Positions 36,113-42,656 of a stretch of DNA of 42,656 bases are shown here, piece after piece. The DNA comes from an uncultured Clostridia bacterium (GTDB lineage: Bacteria; Bacillota; Clostridia; Christensenellales; UBA1242): assembly GCA_937900575.1 (NCBI GenBank), contig CALCEI010000088.1:1-42656 (forward strand). The letters are read 5' to 3'. The position numbers were made by a program, and so were the translations under genes. The notes beneath the pieces are model-generated. The model was given only the letters and a program-made list of their open reading frames with translations, was not told the DNA's origin and ran no database searches. Numbering within the stretch: the first letter of the stretch is position 1; each line of letters starts with the position of its first letter.

Positions 36113-36141
36113 ATTTTAACAACTTAACAAAAATAAAACAA
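36113..36141 (-). promoter_or_regulatory. Promoter of idi-HAD; geometry predicts a leaderless transcript
   Basis: Reverse strand reads TTGTTT-17-TGtTAAAAT-gcttgt-ATG. No SD is present. Confidence 0.5.
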
Positions 36142-36214
36142 ACATTTCAATAAAATTTCAGCAAATTGTGCCAAAATGGTTGTTAAATTTATAATATTCC
36201 AAAACAATATTTAG

Positions 36215-36243
36215 TGGACAAATTATTTTAACTGTGTTAAAAT
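36215..36243 (+). promoter_or_regulatory. Promoter of secA
   Basis: TGGACA-17-TGtTAAAAT, then the SD GAAGGAAG. Confidence 0.5.
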
Positions 36244-36267
36244 ACACTTGATATAAGAAGGAAGATT

Positions 36268-38967
36268 ATGGGATTTTTTTCTAACATATTTGCATCAGAT
36301 AACAAAAGAAGTTTAAATAAAATTGAAAAAATTGTTGCAAAAATTGAAGCAAAGGCAGATTATTACGCAGGGCTTACAGACGAAGAATTGCAAGCACAAA
36401 CACCTGCTTTAAAATTAAGATTAAGTCAAGGTGAAACTCTTGATGATATTTTGCCAGATGCTTTTGCCGTTGTGCGTGAAGCATCAACAAGGGTTTTGGG
36501 TTTAAGGCACTTCCACGTTCAACTTATTGGTGGTGTTGTTTTGCACCAAGGACGTATTGCAGAAATGCGTACAGGTGAAGGTAAAACTTTGACGGCAACA
36601 ACTGCTGTTTACTTAAATGCATTAACAGGCAACAATGTTCACGTTATTACTGTTAATGAATACTTGGCAACCAGCCAAGCAGAACAAATGGGCAAACTTT
36701 ATAAATTTTTGGGTTTAACCATTGGCTGCACTCTTACAGGACAAAATGCCGAGCAAAAGAAACTTGCATATGATTGCGACATCACCTACGGCACAAACAA
36801 TGAATTTGGTTTTGACTATTTGCGTGATAACATGCAAGTTGAAAAGAAGTATAAAGTTCAACGTGGTCATCACTTCTGCATCGTGGACGAAGTGGACTCA
36901 ATTTTGATTGATGAAGCACGTACCCCACTTATTATTTCTGGTATGGGTGGCAAAACAAGTGAATTATACGTTACAGCAGATAACTTTGTTAAACGTCTTA
37001 AAGAAGAAGATGTGGATATTGAAATTAAGCACAAACAAATCCGTCTTACAGAAACAGGTGTAACAAAGGCAGAACAATTTTTCAAATTGGAAAATTTATC
37101 TGACATTGCCAACTTGGAAATTAACCACCACATCAACAATGCTTTGCGTGCAAATTTCATTATGAAACGTGACATCAACTATATTGTTAAAGATGATGAA
37201 ATTTTGATTGTTGATGAGTTTACCGGCCGTATTATGCAAGGCAGACGTTACAGCGATGGCTTGCACCAAGCAATTGAAGCAAAAGAACATGTGAAAATTA
37301 AAGAAGAAAACAAAACTCTTGCAACAATCACACTTCAAAACTACTTCAAACTCTACTCCAAATTAAGTGGTATGACAGGTACTGCAAAAACAGAAGAAAC
37401 AGAATTTAACAAAATTTATAGTTTGGACGTTGTTACAATTCCAACCAACAAACCTGTTATAAGAATTGACGAACAAGATATGATTTTCTTCACGGAAAAT
37501 GCAAAATATAAAGCAATTGTTGAAGAAATTAAAGATAAATACGAAAAAGGCCAACCAATCCTTGTTGGTACTTCTTCAGTTGAAAAAAGTGAACGCATAA
37601 GTAAAGATATTAAAAAACTTGGCATTCCACACAATTTGTTGAACGCAAAAAATCACGAACTTGAAAGCCAAATTGTTGCACAATCTGGACGTGTTGGTGC
37701 AGTTACAATTGCAACAAACATGGCAGGTCGTGGTACAGATATTTTGCTTGGTGGCAACCCAGAATTTTTGGCAAAACAAAAACTCGTAAATGAAAAAGTT
37801 GAACCAGCAGTTATTGAAAAAATTACAACTTACAACTCAAATTTGACAGATGAAGAAAAGGCAGTTAAAGAAAAATTTGAAAAATACCTTGCTGAATTCA
37901 AAAAAGTTACAGACGAAGAAAAACAAAAAGTTATCAACCTTGGTGGACTCCATATTCTTGGCACAGAAAGGCACGAATCCAGACGTATTGATAACCAATT
38001 AAGGGGACGTTCTGGACGTCAAGGCGACCCAGGTTCAAGCATCTTCTTTATTTCTCTGGAAGACGATTTGCCACAACGTTTTGGCGAAGACAGAATGAAA
38101 ACATGGTTCTCTCTTGCCTTCCGTGGTAACGAAGATATGCCATTGCAATCAAGGATTTTAACAAGTTTCTTTGAAACAGCACAAAAGAAAGTTGAAGCCA
38201 TGAACTTTAGCATACGTAAAAACGTGCTTGAATACGACGACGTGCTTAACAAACAACGTCAAATAATCTATTCCGAACGTGACAAAGTTTTGGACGGTGT
38301 GGATATCCACTCTCAAATTTTGGAAATGCTTAAAGAATACGTGTTTGAACTTTGCTATATGTATTTAAACGAATCTAAACCAAGTTATGAATGGGATTTG
38401 CAACCTTTGAACAATGCGCTTGAAGACAAGTTGCTTGATAAGGGTACAAATTTGGTTACAGCAAGTTTTGTGGAAGGCTTAAATGTGGCTACAGTAAGCC
38501 AAAATGTTTATGAAAAACTTGTTGAAATTTACGAAAAGAAAATTGCAGACGTCAAAAAATTAGGTTTGGACTTTGCAATTGTGGAACGTGATAGATTGCT
38601 TCGTGTTGTTGATAAGTTCTGGACAGACCACATTGACGCAATGAACGTGTTACGTAATGAAATCGGCATTTTATCTTACGGACAAAAAGACCCTGTTATC
38701 GCATATAAAAACGAAGGTTTTGATATGTTTGACCACATGATTAGTGAAATCCGTGAATACACTGCTTCTGCCCTTTTCCGTACACAAGTTAAAGTTCAAG
38801 TTATGCCACCAAAACCACAAGGTCCTGTGGCTGGTGCAAGCAATAAAACCGAAGGTCCTGTAACTGCAAGGAACAATTCTTCACATATTGGACGTAATGA
38901 TTTGTGCCCATGTGGAAGTGGCAAAAAATATAAAAACTGCTGTATGTTAAAAGACCAACAAAAATAA
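36268..38967 (+). CDS. secA: Preprotein translocase ATPase SecA
   Basis: 899 aa with MRTGEGKTLTAT (Walker A), DEVDSILIDEARTPLIISG, TNMAGRGTDI and C-terminal Zn-finger CPCGSGKKYKNCC. Confidence 0.97.
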   Translation: MGFFSNIFASDNKRSLNKIEKIVAKIEAKADYYAGLTDEELQAQTPALKLRLSQGETLDDILPDAFAVVREASTRVLGLRHFHVQLIGGVVLHQGRIAEMRTGEGKTLTATTAVYLNALTGNNVHVITVNEYLATSQAEQMGKLYKFLGLTIGCTLTGQNAEQKKLAYDCDITYGTNNEFGFDYLRDNMQVEKKYKVQRGHHFCIVDEVDSILIDEARTPLIISGMGGKTSELYVTADNFVKRLKEEDVDIEIKHKQIRLTETGVTKAEQFFKLENLSDIANLEINHHINNALRANFIMKRDINYIVKDDEILIVDEFTGRIMQGRRYSDGLHQAIEAKEHVKIKEENKTLATITLQNYFKLYSKLSGMTGTAKTEETEFNKIYSLDVVTIPTNKPVIRIDEQDMIFFTENAKYKAIVEEIKDKYEKGQPILVGTSSVEKSERISKDIKKLGIPHNLLNAKNHELESQIVAQSGRVGAVTIATNMAGRGTDILLGGNPEFLAKQKLVNEKVEPAVIEKITTYNSNLTDEEKAVKEKFEKYLAEFKKVTDEEKQKVINLGGLHILGTERHESRRIDNQLRGRSGRQGDPGSSIFFISLEDDLPQRFGEDRMKTWFSLAFRGNEDMPLQSRILTSFFETAQKKVEAMNFSIRKNVLEYDDVLNKQRQIIYSERDKVLDGVDIHSQILEMLKEYVFELCYMYLNESKPSYEWDLQPLNNALEDKLLDKGTNLVTASFVEGLNVATVSQNVYEKLVEIYEKKIADVKKLGLDFAIVERDRLLRVVDKFWTDHIDAMNVLRNEIGILSYGQKDPVIAYKNEGFDMFDHMISEIREYTASALFRTQVKVQVMPPKPQGPVAGASNKTEGPVTARNNSSHIGRNDLCPCGSGKKYKNCCMLKDQQK

Positions 38968-38973
38968 CAAAAA

Positions 38974-38998
38974 AACTATTGGTTTGTTGCCAATAGTT
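38974..38998. terminator. Bidirectional intrinsic terminator (secA / recR operon)
   Basis: aactattgg-tttgttg-ccaatagtt with A- and T-tract flanks. Confidence 0.75.
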
Positions 38999-39007
38999 TT
39001 TTCTTTA

Positions 39008-39604
39008 CTAAATTTCACGACGTGATGACATTGCCTTGCTTAATGTAACTGCATCGGTAAATTCAAGTTCACTGCCCATGGCAATGCCTTGTGCAATACG
39101 GCTGACTTTTACACCAAGTGGTTTAAGAAGGTTTGCAATGTAAATTGCTGTTGCTTCACCTTCCACATCAGGATTTGTTGCAACAATAACTTCCTTTATA
39201 CCTTCTTTGCTTACTCTATCCAACAAAGAACGCAAGTTGATATCATTTGGCCCTTTGCCTTCAAGTGGATTGATTACACCATGCAAAACATGATAACTGC
39301 CATTAAATTCCCTAACCTTTTCAAGTGCTACAACATCTTTTGGGTCTTTAACAACACAAATAATTGGGTCTTTGTTAGGTTTTGCACAAACATCACAAAT
39401 TTCCTTATCTGTAAAGTTGGCACAAATTTTGCAATAATGAATTTTCTGCTTTGCGTCCAACATACTTTCTGCAAAACTTTTTACTTCAGTTTCGTCTAAG
39501 GTTAGCAAAAAGTATGCGTACCTTTGTGCTGTCTTTTTGCCAACACCTGGTAAGCGAGAAAACTCATTAACTAAGCGCTCCATAGAATCTATTTGATTAT
39601 TCAT
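39008..39604 (-). CDS. recR: Recombination protein RecR
   Basis: LPGVGKKTAQRYAYFLL (HhH), C4 zinc finger CKICANF...CDVC, and a Toprim region. Confidence 0.94.
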   Translation of the reverse strand: MNNQIDSMERLVNEFSRLPGVGKKTAQRYAYFLLTLDETEVKSFAESMLDAKQKIHYCKICANFTDKEICDVCAKPNKDPIICVVKDPKDVVALEKVREFNGSYHVLHGVINPLEGKGPNDINLRSLLDRVSKEGIKEVIVATNPDVEGEATAIYIANLLKPLGVKVSRIAQGIAMGSELEFTDAVTLSKAMSSRREI

Positions 39605-39930
39605 TACATTAACCCACCAAGGCCACCCATGTTGCCCATTTTATCTTTGGAAAGTTCATCTGCCTTTGCCATAGCATCTTTAATTGCCACAATAAGCAAA
39701 TCTTCCAACATTTCAACATCTTCTGGGTCAACTGCAGTTTTGTTTAACTTAATTGACTTAATTTCCTTTTTGCCGGTCATGGTTACAACAACCATTTCGC
39801 CACCTGCTTTGCCAACAACTTCTGCATTTTCAAGTTCACCTTGAGCCTTTTCCAATTGTTCTTGCATTTTTCTTGCTTGTTGCATAAGGGCGTTCATGTT
39901 CATTCCGCCACCAAATCCTGGATATCCCAT
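39604..39930 (-). CDS. ybaB: Nucleoid-associated protein YbaB/EbfC
   Basis: ...MNALMQQARKMQEQLEKAQGELE..., 108 aa. Its stop overlaps the recR start (TAATG). Confidence 0.9.
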   Translation of the reverse strand: MGYPGFGGGMNMNALMQQARKMQEQLEKAQGELENAEVVGKAGGEMVVVTMTGKKEIKSIKLNKTAVDPEDVEMLEDLLIVAIKDAMAKADELSKDKMGNMGGLGGLM

Positions 39931-39953
39931 TTTTAAATCTCCTTTAATATATT

Positions 39954-41447
39954 TTATTCTTCAAATTTAATTTTATCTTTAAAAGCAACTCGTAAATTAT
40001 CTTTAACGTCTTGTGTGGAAACATTTGTTGAATCGTGTTCCAAATTTATCATAAGCACGCTGTCATCAAACAATTTAATGATTCCAAGCAAAATATCCAA
40101 ACGTTCTTTTGTATTTATTATTTGGTAACTTGATTGGTCGTTGGTGTGAATTGTAAACTTGCCACCAACCTTTTCCACTTTGTGCACACTTGTAAGTGCG
40201 TTGGAAAGTGCAAACAAATTCCTTTCTTTAACCTTAATAAGCACATTTCCCCAAATTTTTTCAACATTTGTTTGTTCACTTTGTTTTATTTCTTCCACAT
40301 GTTCTGTTTTAACTTCTTCGTGCTTTGGTGCTGGTGCAGGTGCAACAGTTTCAACGTGCCCACCTTCAACAGAAATAAGTTCCAAACACGCAGATTCAAA
40401 CAAGTTTTCTGGGTTTATGCTATATTTAAGTTCCAATTCAATATCTGCAAATTTAGAAAATGCAGATTTAAGATAATTTATATCAAACTGCCTTGCAATT
40501 TCTGCAAAAGAATTATATTCGCCTGGCAAAATATCCAAAACTGTATAATCGCCAACACCGGCTTTAATCATAATTAAATTTTTGATGTAATCTGCCATTT
40601 CCTTGCACAAAACTTGAATGTTTTTGCCCATGCCAAGTGCATTTTTAACAGATACAAACAAGCCACTTACATCTTTTGAAGCAATGCTTTGCAAAATTTG
40701 TTTTATGCTATCCTTACTGCTTAAACCAATAACTTTTTCTGTTTCTTCATGGGTTAAGTTGTTTTCGCAATACGCAGCAACACTATCTGCAATTGAAAGC
40801 ATATCACGAACACTGCCTTCACCTGCCTTGGCAATAAGGTGCAAACTCTTTTCATCATACGTTATGCCACGTTTGTCAAAAATAAGTTTAAGTTGTTCAA
40901 CCAAAGTGCTTACTGTAAGCAACTTAAAGTCAAATCTCATACATCTTGAAAGAATTGTTGCAGGCAACTTGTGAAGTTCGGTCGTTGCCAAAATGAAAAT
41001 TACATGTTTTGGTGGCTCTTCCAAAGTTTTTAAAAGGGCGTTAAAGGCACTGTCTGTTAACATATGCACTTCGTCAATGATGTAAACCTTATACTTGCCA
41101 ATAAGTGGTGGATATGCAACTTTATCGCGTAAATCACGAATTTCTTCCACCCTGTTGTTACTTGCTGCGTCAATTTCCAAAATATCTGTGTTGTTTGTTT
41201 CGTTTAATGCAACACACTCTGCACACATGCCACATGGATTGCCGTCATTTGAGTGGGTGCAGTTAACTGCCTTTGCAAAAATTTTTGCCGTACTTGTTTT
41301 GCCTGTACCTCTTGGGCCACAGAACAAATATGCGTGTGAAAGTTTGCCGGTTTTAATTTGATTTTTTAAAGTTTTAATGATGTAATCTTGACCAACAACT
41401 TCATCAAAATTCTTTGGCCTAAATTCCCTGTATAATGCAAGTGTCAT
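39954..41447 (-). CDS. dnaX: DNA polymerase III subunit gamma/tau
   Basis: YREFRPKNFDEVVGQDYI...AYLFCGPRGTGKTS, Zn module CTHSNDGNPCGMCAEC, YIIDEVHML. Confidence 0.95.
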   Translation of the reverse strand: MTLALYREFRPKNFDEVVGQDYIIKTLKNQIKTGKLSHAYLFCGPRGTGKTSTAKIFAKAVNCTHSNDGNPCGMCAECVALNETNNTDILEIDAASNNRVEEIRDLRDKVAYPPLIGKYKVYIIDEVHMLTDSAFNALLKTLEEPPKHVIFILATTELHKLPATILSRCMRFDFKLLTVSTLVEQLKLIFDKRGITYDEKSLHLIAKAGEGSVRDMLSIADSVAAYCENNLTHEETEKVIGLSSKDSIKQILQSIASKDVSGLFVSVKNALGMGKNIQVLCKEMADYIKNLIMIKAGVGDYTVLDILPGEYNSFAEIARQFDINYLKSAFSKFADIELELKYSINPENLFESACLELISVEGGHVETVAPAPAPKHEEVKTEHVEEIKQSEQTNVEKIWGNVLIKVKERNLFALSNALTSVHKVEKVGGKFTIHTNDQSSYQIINTKERLDILLGIIKLFDDSVLMINLEHDSTNVSTQDVKDNLRVAFKDKIKFEE

Positions 41448-42046
41448 TAAATTTCTCCTTTTAAAGTTTTTAACTTTCTTTTTATTGCTTGCAAAGTGTT
41501 ATCCACCTGCTTTAATGTTAATTTCATTTCTTGTGCCATTTTATCATAAGTTTCGCCGTTTAGGAACTTTTTAAGCAACTTAAATTCCTTTTCGTTTAAC
41601 AAATCCTTCACTCTACTTATTAAAATGGTTGTCATTTCTTTATCAATAAAGTTTTGTTCAAAGTTACTTTCATCATCAACAATAACAAGTTTAAGTTTTT
41701 CTTCATCATCTCCATGGTCGTCAAAATTATTTATTGGAATGTAACTGTTTAAAGGATTACGCTTGTTGTGTTTTGCATTTTTATAAGCATTTTGCACTTT
41801 TCTGTGAATGCAAAGTGATGCAAACGAACTGAAATTGTGATTTTTGTTTGCATCGTAGGCCGTGATTGCATTAAATAAACCAATCATACCTTCTTGAATA
41901 AGGTCGTCAAACTCTGCGCCAATTAAAAAGTATTCACGAGCAATTGCAATAACCTTTGGTTTAAAACTTTGCATTAAAGTTTCCATTGCATCTGCATTGT
42001 GATTACGTGCCATATTAATAAGTTCAACAATCTCTTGTTCTTGCAA
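41447..42046 (-). CDS. sigH: Sporulation-initiation sigma factor SigH (sigma-70 family)
   Basis: REYFLIGAEFDDLIQEGMIGLFNAI, FSSFASLCIHRKV and NPLNSY closely track B. subtilis SigH. TTG start at 42046 with AAGGAG 8 nt upstream. Its stop overlaps the dnaX ATG (TAATG). Confidence 0.88.
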   Translation of the reverse strand: MQEQEIVELINMARNHNADAMETLMQSFKPKVIAIAREYFLIGAEFDDLIQEGMIGLFNAITAYDANKNHNFSSFASLCIHRKVQNAYKNAKHNKRNPLNSYIPINNFDDHGDDEEKLKLVIVDDESNFEQNFIDKEMTTILISRVKDLLNEKEFKLLKKFLNGETYDKMAQEMKLTLKQVDNTLQAIKRKLKTLKGEI

Positions 42047-42047
42047 A

Positions 42048-42656
42048 CTAACTTCTCCTTTGTCTTACAACTTCATAAACTGCAATTGCTGCTGCATTTG
42101 ATGCGTTAAGGCTGTTAACTTCACCAAACATATCAAGTGAAACAACTTCATCACATGTTTCCTTAACCAAACGGGAAACACCCTTACCTTCACTGCCAAC
42201 AATAAGTGCAGTTGGATATTTAAAGTCGGCATCATAAATTGTTTTTTCGCCTGCTTCCAAAGCATAACACCAAATGCCATTTTCTTTAAGTTTTTCAATG
42301 GTACGGGTTAAGTTTGTAACTTGTGCAACTTTAACATGTGTTATTGCACCTGCACTTGTTTTGTAAACCGTAGAATTGATATCACATGCACGATTTTCTG
42401 GAATGATTACTCCGTCAACACCAGCACATTCGCAAGTACGGATTATTGCACCAACATTGTGTGGGTCAACAACACCGTCAAGCACAACAATAAAGGCAGG
42501 TTTGTTTTTGGTTTTGCTAATAAGCAAAATATCTTCCAATTCAACGTACTTAAAGTTTGGCACAAAAGCAATTATGCCTTGTGTTTTGCCTTTTGCAATA
42601 CGTTCCAAATCTTGTCTTTCCACAATTTCAACAGGAACATGCACCGCATTTGCTTT
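42048..42656 (-). CDS. rlmB: 23S rRNA (guanosine-2'-O)-methyltransferase RlmB/TrmH family (partial; N-terminus beyond window end)
   Basis: VLDGVVDPHNVGAIIRTCECAGVDGVIIPENR and LIVGSEGKGVS SpoU motifs. The frame stays open upstream of the track's GTG to the window end (..KANAVHVPVEIV..). Confidence 0.88.
   Translation of the reverse strand, partial: KANAVHVPVEIVERQDLERIAKGKTQGIIAFVPNFKYVELEDILLISKTKNKPAFIVVLDGVVDPHNVGAIIRTCECAGVDGVIIPENRACDINSTVYKTSAGAITHVKVAQVTNLTRTIEKLKENGIWCYALEAGEKTIYDADFKYPTALIVGSEGKGVSRLVKETCDEVVSLDMFGEVNSLNASNAAAIAVYEVVRQRRS

Noticed and set aside
39954-41447. Programmed -1 frameshift (tau/gamma) in dnaX
   Set aside because: No A-AAA-AAG-type slippery heptamer was found in the reading frame by eye.
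41447-42046. SRP (4.5S/scRNA) gene expected upstream of dnaX
   Set aside because: There is no intergenic space, because sigH abuts dnaX. I saw no SRP domain-IV-like sequence anywhere in the window, including the 30430-30682 gap.

Overview
The window is 42.7 kb of chromosome from a low-GC, endospore-forming Firmicute (Clostridia-like). That origin is inferred from spoIVA, a sigH-type sigma factor, the rplU-prp-rpmA operon with an L27 propeptide, AGGAG-type ribosome-binding sites (SDs) and TRTGnTATAAT-style promoters. I support 44 CDS (two truncated by the window edges) and one tRNA-Ser(UGA). I found no rRNA, CRISPR array, transposase, integrase or phage genes.

Most genes are core housekeeping:
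- Sporulation and envelope: spoIVA, lgt, glmM.
- DNA repair and replication: ung, recX, rarA, recR, ybaB, dnaX.
- Translation: ileS, prfB, rplU-prp-rpmA, rlmB.
- Metabolism: acpS, eno-cmk, rbr, gap, asd-dapA-dapB plus an aspartokinase, two PlsC-like acyltransferases, idi plus a HAD hydrolase.
- Secretion and transcription: secA, sigH.

Between them sit several insulated units of unknown function:
- A two-gene operon (140 aa + 337 aa, 33362-34823) under a perfect consensus promoter. This is my best candidate for an undescribed system.
- A 598-aa two-TM orphan (13746-15542).
- A 311-aa orphan (9631-10566).
- A 49-aa Lys-rich micro-ORF with a perfect promoter and terminator (2112-2261).
- A membrane-anchored protein with histone-H1-like 14-aa repeats (1-358).
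- A 1050-aa repeat-bearing surface protein.
- A membrane-tethered XRE regulator followed by a degenerate GT-A-like membrane protein.

The clearest sequence-level pattern not explained by gene content is a class of at least six genes (lgt, ung, recX, rarA, prfB, idi). Each has no SD, and an extended -10 box ends 6-7 nt before the ATG, which predicts leaderless mRNAs.

All product calls come from motif recognition by eye. No database search, folding calculation or composition statistic was run.
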